64,000 nucleotides of DNA from Zetaproteobacteria bacterium (GCA_002746295.2 NVWS02000073.1:12953-76952), one strand, 5' to 3'; shown: positions 8,873 through 18,396, counted from the stretch's first letter. The notes: generated by a model from the letters alone, not told the origin. A program made the numbers and translations.

Positions 8873-11217
8873 AACAACTCTTTTATTCCTTACGTTCTCG
8901 CATCTTTTTATCAGTCACAACACTGGTTATCCTACTCAGTCTAATTTTTGGTTGGATATCCATTGTTCAACAAACATCATCATTGGAATTGGAACTCATT
9001 GAGCGGGGGAAAATCACGGCACGTCATTTATCTTATGGCGTTGAAATCGGGATTTTAACAGGTGATGAGAATGGACTTCATGCCTTACTCAATAAACTTC
9101 TCAAAGAAAAAGATGTGCTTTATGCGGGTGTTTTTGATGCAAAGGGTAAAAACATCAGCACCTCCGAAGCTTCAAAATTATTGAAAAAACATGCGGGTGT
9201 CACCAATCTATTGATGACAAAAGTAGAGCAACCACTATCCGATTTGTGGGTAAAAAAAATTTGGAATCATCGTGATATTTATGAATTTCACATGCCTGTT
9301 ATCAATGAGATTCATGGAAGTGGAGAATCCATGTTGTTTGATGGCGAGGGCGATTTGCAACAACAAGTCATTGGTTATATTCATATCATCTTGAGTGGGG
9401 CTAGTATCCAACATGCAACCCATCAAACAATCATGAATGGCATACGCACATTTTTTATTGTCTTTTTACTTGCCTTGTTCGCCGCATGGTGGCTAGCCCG
9501 CGCCTTAACACGCCCCTTGGCGTATATGGTGTCGGTGATAGAAAAGACTCAAAATGGTGATTTCAATCAACGTATTCAGCTTCATGGTCAAAATGAAATG
9601 ACGCAACTTGCCATGGCTTTTAACCACATGCTTGAAGAGTTGGCTAAACGAAATGAAAAGCTACATGAACAGCAACGCACCATGCAGCTTATTTTAGATA
9701 CAGCACCTGTCGGTATATGGATGCTAGGTCTAGATCGTCGTATGATCTTTATGAATAAGGCCTTTTCGACAGCAGTGGGTGTATCTGAACAGGCGTTTCT
9801 GAATGCTAAGCATTACACTGAGTTATTGCCTAAAGTAGTTTCATTGCAAGCCACACAATCGGATAATCAATGTTTTGCAATGAATGCCATGGTCCATAGT
9901 CAGGAACATATTCCCTGCTCGGATAACAAGGTTCATATTTTTGACGTGGTCAAGGCTCCTTTGCGAAATAATCAAGGCGATATGATCGGCTTGGTTGGCA
10001 TTGCCATTGATGCGACATCCCGATTACAAGCCGATGCTGAAAAAGAGCAAATGCAAAAGCAGGTTGAACACACACAACGACTCGAAAGCTTGGGCGTTTT
10101 AGCAGGTGGTATTGCCCATGATTTTAACAATATTCTAACATCTATTATGGGCAATGCCGCCATGGCGGAGCGAAAAATTAAGGGTGTCTCTACTGAAGGT
10201 GAAGCCTATTTATCCAAAATAGTTCTCTCCTCTGAGAAAGCCGCCTTGCTTTGTAACCAGATGCTGGCGTATTCTGGCAAAGGTCATTTTATTGTAAAAC
10301 CAGTGAATTTATCCAGCATGATTGAAAGTGTGACCAGTTTATTGGGTGTTTCCATTCATAGTACCATTGAATTAAAATATCATCTCGCGGATCAGCTACC
10401 AAATATTGAAGCCGATGAAGCACAGTTGCAGCAGGTGATTATGAATTTGGTCATCAATGCTTCCGATGCCATCGGCGAAGATAGTGGAGTTGTAACGATT
10501 ACTTCGGGAAGAATGTATGCAGATACAGCCTATTTGGCACAAACAGTGGTGCAATCAGACGTGGCGCTGGATGCAGGTGATTATGTTTTTTTGGAAGTAT
10601 CGGATACAGGTTGTGGTATGAGTCAAGAAGTACAACAGCATTTGTTTGAGCCTTTTTTCACCACCAAGTTCACAGGCAGAGGTTTGGGTATGAGTGCCGT
10701 TCAGGGTATTATTCGCGGTCATCAAGGTGCGATGAATGTATACAGTGAACTGGGGCAGGGAACAACTTTTAAAGTCTTGTTCCCAGCCTCTCATCAAACA
10801 CTGGATCATCATGCTGAACCTACACCACTGTCTAAGAATACATGGCAGCCAAGTGGTACAGTGTTGGTGGTTGATGATGAGGATATGATCCGTGAAGTTT
10901 CCTCACTTATGTTGGAAGATATAGGTTTTGATGTACTCGAAGCTGCCGATGGTCAAGAAGGCATAGAAATCTACCAGCAGTATCAGGATAAAATTGTGGC
11001 TATTTTACTGGACATGACCATGCCACGGCTTGATGGGGAAGGTTGTTTTCGTGAACTTAAACGTATCAACCCAGATGTGAAAGTGATTTTATCATCGGGT
11101 TATAATAAACAAGATGTGACGAATCGATTTGACGGATCTGGCTTGGCTGGCTTTGTTCAGAAGCCATATAATCTTAATGAATTAGAAAAAAGTTTACGTC
11201 TGGCTTGTACGCCTTAG
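8869..11217 (+). CDS. hybrid sensor histidine kinase (periplasmic domain-HAMP-PAS-HisKA-HATPase-REC)
   Basis: 782 aa. Two TM segments flank a periplasmic domain of about 170 aa. HAMP, PAS, H-box HDFNNIL, NLVINASDA, DTGCGM, GRGLGMS, and REC VLVVDDEDMIRE...LLDMTMPRLDG. GTGA overlap with the binding-protein gene. Confidence 0.9.
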   Translation: MKQLFYSLRSRIFLSVTTLVILLSLIFGWISIVQQTSSLELELIERGKITARHLSYGVEIGILTGDENGLHALLNKLLKEKDVLYAGVFDAKGKNISTSEASKLLKKHAGVTNLLMTKVEQPLSDLWVKKIWNHRDIYEFHMPVINEIHGSGESMLFDGEGDLQQQVIGYIHIILSGASIQHATHQTIMNGIRTFFIVFLLALFAAWWLARALTRPLAYMVSVIEKTQNGDFNQRIQLHGQNEMTQLAMAFNHMLEELAKRNEKLHEQQRTMQLILDTAPVGIWMLGLDRRMIFMNKAFSTAVGVSEQAFLNAKHYTELLPKVVSLQATQSDNQCFAMNAMVHSQEHIPCSDNKVHIFDVVKAPLRNNQGDMIGLVGIAIDATSRLQADAEKEQMQKQVEHTQRLESLGVLAGGIAHDFNNILTSIMGNAAMAERKIKGVSTEGEAYLSKIVLSSEKAALLCNQMLAYSGKGHFIVKPVNLSSMIESVTSLLGVSIHSTIELKYHLADQLPNIEADEAQLQQVIMNLVINASDAIGEDSGVVTITSGRMYADTAYLAQTVVQSDVALDAGDYVFLEVSDTGCGMSQEVQQHLFEPFFTTKFTGRGLGMSAVQGIIRGHQGAMNVYSELGQGTTFKVLFPASHQTLDHHAEPTPLSKNTWQPSGTVLVVDDEDMIREVSSLMLEDIGFDVLEAADGQEGIEIYQQYQDKIVAILLDMTMPRLDGEGCFRELKRINPDVKVILSSGYNKQDVTNRFDGSGLAGFVQKPYNLNELEKSLRLACTP

Positions 11218-11281
11218 GGGTAGGGTTATGATTACCGCGTCAACCTATGCTTTCTTGCATCCCTCCCTAAAACCCACCAGA

Positions 11282-11350
11282 GCATCACCCCCCAAATCTT
11301 TTATCGGAAATCTATCCATAGACCCTCGACACAAGCACTCGAGGGTGACG
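11282..11350. repeat. palindromic intergenic repeat, copy 2 (shorter centre)
   Basis: gcatcaccccccaaatcttttatcggaaat...gaccctcgacacaagcactcgagggtgacg. It lies 65 nt after the kinase stop. Confidence 0.75.
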
Positions 11351-11675
11351 ATCTGTTTCAGTCAAGCGCGTAACATCAGTGATTGAATTCATGGGTTGAT
11401 AATACTCTGTAAAACCTCTTGCTGTGTTGAATATGCTGTACTGTTTTCAGTGTTGTCCATCCACAGCTCAATGTTACAATGATTATTGTTGTATACATCC
11501 GACATTCCGCACTCCCTACTTCGTAATTTTTCATTTAACAAACCATGCAAAATCATTGCTTTAAAATCTTCTAAATGATTGATAAATATGCTATATTTAA
11601 TTATATCCCCTTGAGGGAGTTAAAACCCCCAGCTTCAGATGCCAGCTTTTAGCATGATGCACTACGCTTGGAAGA

Positions 11676-12104
11676 ATGAAAGATTATAGGCGGGGTAGTC
11701 ATTCTGTATTTCAGATACACTTACATATTGTATGGTGCACAAAATACAGGAATAGAGTGTTGGCAAAAGATATAGGTGAGCGTCTTCGCGAGTTATGTCG
11801 GCAATATGCTCAGATATGAGTGTGGAGATATTGTCTAGAGTGGTGGCAGTAGATCATGTGCATGTTTTGGTGTCGGTTCCTCCGCAGGTGTCGGTTAGTA
11901 AGCTGATACAAAAGTTAAAAGTTAAAAGGTAAATCCTCATATAAATTACAGCGTGAGTTTGCTTCGCTACGTAAACAGTATTGGGGTCAACGAATGTGGG
12001 CGCGAGGCTACTTTGCTTGTAGCACAGGGAATATAACGGATGAAATGATGAAGGCTTACATAGAGAATCATGTGGAAAAAGATGATGAGTTTCATGTTGA
12101 GTAG
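11676..12104 (+). pseudogene. tnpA: IS200/IS605-family Y1 transposase (tnpA) pseudogene
   Basis: My translation gives MKDYRRGSHSVFQIHLHIVWCTKYRNRVL...CRQYAQI*. It continues in another frame as VEILSRVVAVDHVHVLVSVPPQVSVSKLIQKLK, then in a third as KGKSSYKLQREFASLRKQYWGQRMWARGYFACSTGNITDEMMKAYIENH. At least 2 frameshifts, one at a 7-bp tandem duplication (gttaaaa gttaaaa, about 11914-11927). Confidence 0.85.
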
Positions 12105-12254
12105 GACTTACAGTCGTTATCTTTAGCCGCCTTGGGACGGGGGCTTGCAGCAGGTTTTAGCCTGAACTGCACTTATAGTGCGGAAAAAACAAGCCAGCTA
12201 CTTCAGTAGGTGGTTATTGATTGCATTGACAGGGTGAGCGGATAAAGTGCGCGG

Positions 12255-12435
12255 CGTTTTAGGTGCCTTAGTGTCGTGAGACCACGGGTGAAACGGGAAG
12301 TTTGGTGCGGCTCTAAGTAGTCAATTCCAACGCAGCCCCCGCTACTGTAAGTCTGACAAAGCTATGTTACTCCACTGGGAAACTGGGAAGGAATCATAGC
12401 TACGGATGAAGACGAGCCAGGAGACCGGCCTGAAG
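12255..12435 (+). promoter_or_regulatory. cobalamin (B12) riboswitch
   Basis: aggtgcc...aaacgggaagtttggtgcgg...ttccaacgcagcccccgctactgtaag...ccactgggaaactgggaagg...B12 box gagccaggagaccggcc (12414-12430). It lies directly upstream of btuB. Confidence 0.85.
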
Positions 12436-12596
12436 CACGGAACTTACGGGTTCCAAACAGGATGGTCTCGGAGGGAGGCAGGTCGTGTATGCCTTCGCCG
12501 CACCTCTATTCTTTGAATGTGGCAAAACATGTACGTCTTTTTTTCTTTCAACCTACCCTGATGATAAATGCGCACGGCGGGTGCAAAGGGAAAAAA

Positions 12597-14432
12597 GTGA
12601 ATCGACATATCAATATATCCATGGCATTAACAGCAAGCCTGTTTGCCAGTCCAGTACAAGCACTGGAGACATTACCCAACATCATGATTACTGCGGATAG
12701 AATTGGGCAAAATCAAGCCTCAATCAGCGCAGATACAACAGTGATTAGCAGAAAAGATATTGAGCAATCTCAAGCCACTACGGTGGTGGATATCCTTCGA
12801 TCACAAGTAGGGATGGATGTGGCATCTTCGGGTGGTGCAGGAAAAACAACCTCTGTTTTTTTAAGGGGCGGAAATAGTGGGCAAACCTTAGTTTTGATTG
12901 ATGGTGTTCGCGTAGGCTCTGCAACAACAGGTAGTTTTGATTGGGCAAACTTATCAACGGCAGATATTGAAAAAATTGAAATTGTTCGTGGTCCGCAATC
13001 ATCATTGTATGGTGGTGACGCTATGGGTGGCGTGATTCAAATTTTCACACGCAAAGGAACACAAGGATCAAAGACGCACATATCAGGAGAGCTAGGTTCT
13101 TATGGTACATCCTCTGCTGCGGTCAGTGTGCTTGGAAAAACCGCATCCAATATATCTTATGCTTTGACAGCCAATGGTTTGCGTACAGCCAGTGTTTCGG
13201 CCGCAGTAAAAGGCAAGGAGAATGACCCATACCGCCAGTTTACCTTGTCTGGGAGACTCAACCTACCTGTTGGCAAAGGTGAGTTGGCGCTGATTGTAAG
13301 GCATGTGAATGGTAAAACAAGCTTGGATGGCGGTTTTCCTTTGCAAGATATTTTGAATTATACAAGCAATACGAAGCAATCTGTTGCAAGTGTGAAATTG
13401 ACCTATCCCCTATCCGATAGCATTGAAAATAGCCTGCAACTGTCTCGTTCAATTGATGATGTCATTGGTTATGATCCAGCTGGGGGCTTTAATAATTCAG
13501 ATTTTCGCACGCAAATAGATCAACTGACATGGCAAAATCATATTGATTGGGAGGCGCTATCACTGCTTACAGGTGTCGATATGTATCGTAGTCAAGGGTA
13601 CAGCAACAGTGCACGTTTGAATCGTGCTATCACACAAGCAGCGGGTTTTGCTGCATTGAGTGGTTCTGTGGGAATGGCTGATGTGAATGCTTCCATGCGT
13701 TATGATAAAAATTCGGCAACACCCAATCAGGTGACTTACAAATTAGGCGTTGCTTTACACCCCTTGGATGGTTTAAAAGTGAGTGCGAATTATGGCACGG
13801 GTTTTAAAGCACCTTCGCTGAATGATTTATACTTTCCAGCATCTGCATTTTCAGCAGGTAATGCCAATTTAAAACCTGAAAAAAGTAAGGGGTGGGATAT
13901 TGGGCTCGGTTATCAGTATCAGCACAGTAATATGAAGGCTGGAATCCATGCCACTTGGTTTCATCAAAACTACCAAGATCTGATTGTTTGGCAGGCTTCT
14001 CCTACATTTTTCTATAGTCCAATCAACATTGGCAAAGCTCATACACAAGGTTTGGAAATTTCTGCGAATATGGCTTATCAAGCCTCGTATTTGCAAGCCA
14101 ATTGGACTTATTTGGATGCCAAAGATTTGACCACTGGAAGCTGGCTTGCACGTAGAGCCAAAGAATCAGGTAGTGTTACGTTTGGCTCCACCATTGCAAA
14201 ACTTCATGCAGAAGTGTTATGGTATATTGTTGGCCCTCGTTTTTCATCAGCAGGCAATCAGAAGTATATGGAAGCGTATAAAAAAATAGATATGCGGATG
14301 AATTATCCCATTAATAAACAATGGAAGCTTACGGCTCGTGTTGAAAATGCAGGCAATGTTCGCTATGAAGAAGTGTCTGGTTATGGTGTGTTGGGTCGTG
14401 CTTGGTATGGTGGTATCAGCTCTGATTTTTAA
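12597..14432 (+). CDS. btuB: TonB-dependent vitamin B12 receptor BtuB
   Basis: ORF 12462..14432. GTG 12597 gives the signal peptide VNRHINISMALTASLFASPVQA followed by a TonB box-like ETLPNIMITADR. Plug motifs IEIVRGPQSSLYG; C-terminal ...GGISSDF. Alternative starts at 12489 and 12561 are discussed in findings. Confidence 0.9.
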   Translation: MNRHINISMALTASLFASPVQALETLPNIMITADRIGQNQASISADTTVISRKDIEQSQATTVVDILRSQVGMDVASSGGAGKTTSVFLRGGNSGQTLVLIDGVRVGSATTGSFDWANLSTADIEKIEIVRGPQSSLYGGDAMGGVIQIFTRKGTQGSKTHISGELGSYGTSSAAVSVLGKTASNISYALTANGLRTASVSAAVKGKENDPYRQFTLSGRLNLPVGKGELALIVRHVNGKTSLDGGFPLQDILNYTSNTKQSVASVKLTYPLSDSIENSLQLSRSIDDVIGYDPAGGFNNSDFRTQIDQLTWQNHIDWEALSLLTGVDMYRSQGYSNSARLNRAITQAAGFAALSGSVGMADVNASMRYDKNSATPNQVTYKLGVALHPLDGLKVSANYGTGFKAPSLNDLYFPASAFSAGNANLKPEKSKGWDIGLGYQYQHSNMKAGIHATWFHQNYQDLIVWQASPTFFYSPINIGKAHTQGLEISANMAYQASYLQANWTYLDAKDLTTGSWLARRAKESGSVTFGSTIAKLHAEVLWYIVGPRFSSAGNQKYMEAYKKIDMRMNYPINKQWKLTARVENAGNVRYEEVSGYGVLGRAWYGGISSDF

Positions 14433-15151
14433 TGTTCAAACGTGAACATGCTGTACGATGGATAGCCGCAGTTATTGCGGCTATCGGTCTGCATGCTTTG
14501 CTATGGGTTTTTATACCTTCAACAAAGTCACCATCTATTCAGCAACAACCCATGGAGATTGCGTTGATGGTTGGGCAAATAAAAGCACAGGCTGTCGCTC
14601 ACAGGCCGGAGCATACTGAAATGGTGGCAAAGCATGTGAAAAAACAAGTGTTTCATAAGAAAAAACAGCAAAAAGACACGAAATCCTTAAGACACGTCAG
14701 GCTGAGTCAACACTTTACTCAACCCAAGAAACCACCTGTTATCGCAGTAAACCACAAAGAAAATGATGCGATGCTTGCCAAAGTGGGGCATAAATCCCAA
14801 TCAAGTCCAAAGCAAGCAGGACAACATGTTTTTCATGCTTCCCACGCAATGAAAAACAACAATATTGCCATCAATCAACAGGTTAAAGGTACAAACACAG
14901 TACCCAAAGCACTTCAAATGCGTATTTTAATGAACGTCCATTATCCCAAACAAGCCAGGCGACATGGTTGGCAAGGAAAGGTTGAATTGCAGCTAGAGAT
15001 ACAACAAAAATCTATTCGGAAGGTGACCCTGAAATCTTCCAGTGGTTATCCTATTTTGGACCGCGCTGCCTACCATGGTTTGCTACAGCTTCATCATATT
15101 GCACTCTCCAATGGCGTATACCGCATGCCCATTGTGTTTCGTTTACAATGA
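14432..15151 (+). CDS. tonB: energy transducer TonB
   Basis: 239 aa. N-terminal TM WIAAVIAAIGLHALLWVF, a K/Q/P-rich linker, and a TonB C-terminal domain YPKQARRHGWQGKVELQLEI...ILDRAA. The start overlaps the btuB stop (TAATG). Confidence 0.85.
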   Translation: MFKREHAVRWIAAVIAAIGLHALLWVFIPSTKSPSIQQQPMEIALMVGQIKAQAVAHRPEHTEMVAKHVKKQVFHKKKQQKDTKSLRHVRLSQHFTQPKKPPVIAVNHKENDAMLAKVGHKSQSSPKQAGQHVFHASHAMKNNNIAINQQVKGTNTVPKALQMRILMNVHYPKQARRHGWQGKVELQLEIQQKSIRKVTLKSSSGYPILDRAAYHGLLQLHHIALSNGVYRMPIVFRLQ

Positions 15152-15963
15152 AAATATTCGTTTTAATCGTACTTTTTTTTTACACGCTATTGTCGCTTAA
15201 TATGGCTCAAGCAGAAACATTTAAGCGCATTCTTGCACTTGCACCGCACGCCTGTGAAATGCTTTATGCCATCGGTGCATCGTCACAGATGGTGGGTGCG
15301 GTTGATTATTGTGATTATCCAGAAGCTGCCAAAACATTACCCCGTGTTGGTAACTATCAGGGCATTCATGTTGAGGCAGCTTTACGCTTAAAACCTGATG
15401 CTGCGGTGGTGATGAGCCGCAATGTTAAAGGCATTGTGCAGTTGGAAAAGATGGGGATCACCATCATTGTTTCAAATCCTAAAAACTTTGAAGGTGTTTT
15501 TCAGGATATGCTACGACTCGGTCAAATCACAGGGCATGAACAAGAAGCCAAAACATTGGTCTCAAAACAACGTATACGTTTGCAACACGTACGAAAACAC
15601 GCCGATACTCATATACGGGTGTTTTATGAGTTGTGGGCAGATCCGCTGTTAACCGTGGGTGGTTTAAGCTTTATCAACGCACTGATTGATGAAGCTGGTG
15701 GTCACAATATCTTTGCTGATATTCCGATGGATAGCCCCCGTATCAATGTTGAATCGGTGCTAAGAGCCAGACCTGATCTGGTTATTGTCCCGCTTGAACA
15801 ACGAAACATCAAAGAACGCCGTATATTTTGGCAAAAATGGTTGGGCTATGGTCATGTTCAAGTACTTGCCATCAACCCTGATATTTTACATCGCCCTGGC
15901 TCACGCTTGATGGATGGCTTGGAAGCGTTGCAGAAGTTGTTCACAAAGGTGGATTCCCCATGA
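15148..15963 (+). CDS. btuF: periplasmic cobalamin-binding protein BtuF
   Basis: 271 aa with a signal peptide. RILALAPHACEMLYAIGA...VGAVDYCDYP matches the BtuF/class 8 SBP pattern. ATGA overlap upstream. Confidence 0.85.
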   Translation: MKIFVLIVLFFYTLLSLNMAQAETFKRILALAPHACEMLYAIGASSQMVGAVDYCDYPEAAKTLPRVGNYQGIHVEAALRLKPDAAVVMSRNVKGIVQLEKMGITIIVSNPKNFEGVFQDMLRLGQITGHEQEAKTLVSKQRIRLQHVRKHADTHIRVFYELWADPLLTVGGLSFINALIDEAGGHNIFADIPMDSPRINVESVLRARPDLVIVPLEQRNIKERRIFWQKWLGYGHVQVLAINPDILHRPGSRLMDGLEALQKLFTKVDSP

Positions 15964-16892
15964 TATTCAAGTGGACGCTGACGTTCATCACGCTTATGGG
16001 TGTTTTTTTGTTGGGGCTTGGCATGGGCGATCAATGGATCAACCCGCTGAATGCCAGTGGACAAGATGCTATGATTGTGTGGGAATTACGGTTGCCCCGT
16101 TTATTAACCGCCTTTGCTGTGGGCGGCTTATTGGCATTGGCAGGCGCGTGGTTTCAGGTGTTACTTGGCAATCCATTGGCAGAACCCTATGTGCTTGGTG
16201 TTGCTGGAAGTGCATCCGCAGGTGCAGTGGCAGGTTTGATGTTGATGCCAGATTCGACATGGGTGATGTCAGCAGGCGCATTTATGGGGGCTTGGCTTGG
16301 TATTGTTTGTATCATGTTTTTTTCGAACTTGGGAGCCAATCGCATGCTTTTAGCTGGGGTTGTGCTGGCATCCTTTTGGTCGGCTATTTTGGCATTGTTG
16401 CTTGCTCTTTTACCAGCACAAGGTTTGTTTCGAGCCTTTTCATGGATGATGGGTGATTTGTCGCATTCTGATTTACCGATACCCTTGCTGTTGCTCGCAT
16501 GGGTTGTTGCCTTAGCCTGTGGTTTGTTGCTATCTCGCTCCTTGGATATGCTTTTATTGGGCGAGCGACATGCAGAAGCGTTGGGTGTTGATGTGAAACG
16601 ATTACGTCAACGGCTTTTGTTGTTGGCTTCAGTGGTGACGGCTTTGGCTGTGACTGCCGCAGGCACGATTGGTTTTGTTGGCTTGATTGTGCCACATTTA
16701 ATGCGTTTATTGTTTGGTTCATTGCATGCACTTGTATTGCCCGCCTCTGCCATAGGTGGGGGTATTTTATTGATGCTCGCAGATGCTATGGCGCGCACTG
16801 TGATTGCACCTGCTGAATTACCTGTTGGTATCCTTACTGCGATGTTGGGTGTGCCAGTGTTTTTGTTTTTGTTGGTGAAGCGTTGCCCATGA
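15960..16892 (+). CDS. btuC: B12 ABC transporter permease BtuC (FecCD family)
   Basis: 310 aa polytopic protein. LRLPRLLTAFAVGGLLALAG and GFVGLIVPHLMRLL are FecCD motifs. ATGA overlap upstream. Confidence 0.9.
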   Translation: MIFKWTLTFITLMGVFLLGLGMGDQWINPLNASGQDAMIVWELRLPRLLTAFAVGGLLALAGAWFQVLLGNPLAEPYVLGVAGSASAGAVAGLMLMPDSTWVMSAGAFMGAWLGIVCIMFFSNLGANRMLLAGVVLASFWSAILALLLALLPAQGLFRAFSWMMGDLSHSDLPIPLLLLAWVVALACGLLLSRSLDMLLLGERHAEALGVDVKRLRQRLLLLASVVTALAVTAAGTIGFVGLIVPHLMRLLFGSLHALVLPASAIGGGILLMLADAMARTVIAPAELPVGILTAMLGVPVFLFLLVKRCP

Positions 16893-17614
16893 GCGTATTG
16901 ATGAGACTTAAAGATATGACGGTTTCCCGTGCAAACAAGGTGCTTTTTTCTAAGCTAAGTTGTGACATCAAGGTGGGTGAAATCACGGTGATTCTTGGCC
17001 CCAATGGTGCAGGAAAATCCAGCTTGTTGTTGGCAATGGCAGGCTTGATGCCAGTGCAAGGACATATTGAGTGTATGGGTAAGGATTTATGCCGTGATGA
17101 TAGACAATCAATCACACAAAAACTTGCATGGCAAGGTGATTTTCCTCCAACAGAGTTTGGCTTAACGGTGGAGCAAAGATTGGCTTTGGTTGGAGCTTCT
17201 AGCCAAGCTATTCAATCCATGGCGTTGGTGTTTGATATGATCGGCTTGTTGAAACGAAGTTTAGCGGAGCTTTCCAGTGGTGAGCGGCAACGTGTGGAAC
17301 TGTCGGCCTTGATGTTAAGGGATGTTCCAATATGGCTGATGGATGAGCCAACGTCACATTTGGACTTAAAACATCAAGTTCGCTGTATGAAGATGGTAAA
17401 AGAGGAAGCCCGCAGTGGTCGATCTATTGTGCTTGTTTTGCATGATTTGCAACAGGCATCTGCGATTGCAGATTATTTCATTCTTATTGATGAGCAGGGT
17501 GAAATTTGTCATGGGAGAAGTCAGGATTTATTCAATGCAGGGGTGTTATCAGCTGTGTTTGGTGTAACTTTGGTGCAAAAAAACAATGTGTTGTTGCCAG
17601 ATTATGCTGTATGA
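16889..17614 (+). CDS. btuD: B12 ABC transporter ATPase BtuD
   Basis: Walker A GPNGAGKSS, signature LSSGERQRV, Walker B WLMDEP. ATG 16889 forms an ATGA overlap with the btuC stop (the ORF track starts at TTG 16883). Confidence 0.9.
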   Translation: MSVLMRLKDMTVSRANKVLFSKLSCDIKVGEITVILGPNGAGKSSLLLAMAGLMPVQGHIECMGKDLCRDDRQSITQKLAWQGDFPPTEFGLTVEQRLALVGASSQAIQSMALVFDMIGLLKRSLAELSSGERQRVELSALMLRDVPIWLMDEPTSHLDLKHQVRCMKMVKEEARSGRSIVLVLHDLQQASAIADYFILIDEQGEICHGRSQDLFNAGVLSAVFGVTLVQKNNVLLPDYAV

Positions 17615-17720
17615 AAAATGATGTTGCTTGTGTTTTTTTTATTTGAAGTGAATGTCTTTAATCATGATGGTCTCGAACGTGGCTTGACCAATGGCACCAG
17701 CACCGCTTAAATCCCTCTCC

Positions 17721-18392
17721 ATGAAACGAATCAATGTTGTAATCATCAGTGCAACGGCTGTTGCTGTGTTAGGATTGACAGGATGTGTGAGTAAAGATAC
17801 CAAGTTGTTTTGGGCTGCGGGTGAAGGAGGAAAGGCTTCTACAGTCGAGAAGAAAGTTGTTGCAGAGTCACGTCCACCATTGGATATTCCTCCCAGCTTA
17901 TTGGGTAAGGTGGACATGCCACATGCAGAACAAATTGCTGTGGTTAAAAGAATGCCAAAACGTATTTCTAAAAAAATAAGTGGGAAGCAAGTTGCTTTGG
18001 ATACGAAAATTTATGACAGATCTTCGGCGGATGTTTTTTCGGCGGTGTTGGATGCCATGACTGGTTTAAACCTTCCTGTGCAAAGTGTGGATTCTGCCAG
18101 TGGTACAATCACCACGGACTGGGTGCGTAAGCGTTCAAAGAGTGCAAGTTATTCGAGCATTATGGGCGGTAGTGGTGTGATGGCAGTGCGTTACAGGTTT
18201 GTGACGCGTGTGTTGAATCAATCGATGAAAGCTGATGATGGGGTAGACAAAATTGTGACCCGTTTTGAAATTCATACCGTGGCTCAAGCTTATAAAAATA
18301 ATCATTGGTCGAATGCAAAATTGGCGCGTCGTTTTGCCAAGGAGTTGTTTTCCCGTGTGGATGAAAACTTAAGCCTTACAACTAAGGAATAA
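17721..18392 (+). CDS. lipoprotein of unknown function
   Basis: ORF 17691..18392. The internal ATG 17721 gives [22 protein letters not shown] with a lipobox LTGC. No family recognised with confidence. Confidence 0.65.
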   Translation: MKRINVVIISATAVAVLGLTGCVSKDTKLFWAAGEGGKASTVEKKVVAESRPPLDIPPSLLGKVDMPHAEQIAVVKRMPKRISKKISGKQVALDTKIYDRSSADVFSAVLDAMTGLNLPVQSVDSASGTITTDWVRKRSKSASYSSIMGGSGVMAVRYRFVTRVLNQSMKADDGVDKIVTRFEIHTVAQAYKNNHWSNAKLARRFAKELFSRVDENLSLTTKE

Positions 18393-18396
18393 TGAT

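Noticed and set aside
11368-11380. 13-mer gcgtaacatcagt, shared with 19872-19884, both downstream of repeat copies
   Set aside because: With about 2x10^9 position pairs and 4^13 possible words, tens of exact 13-mer coincidences are expected by chance in 64 kb. The distances to the repeats also differ (18 versus 124 nt).
15914-16456. 180-aa plus-strand ORF rich in Cys, Trp and Arg
   Set aside because: It is an out-of-frame overlap of the btuF end and btuC. The btuC frame has clear FecCD motifs and ATGA coupling.
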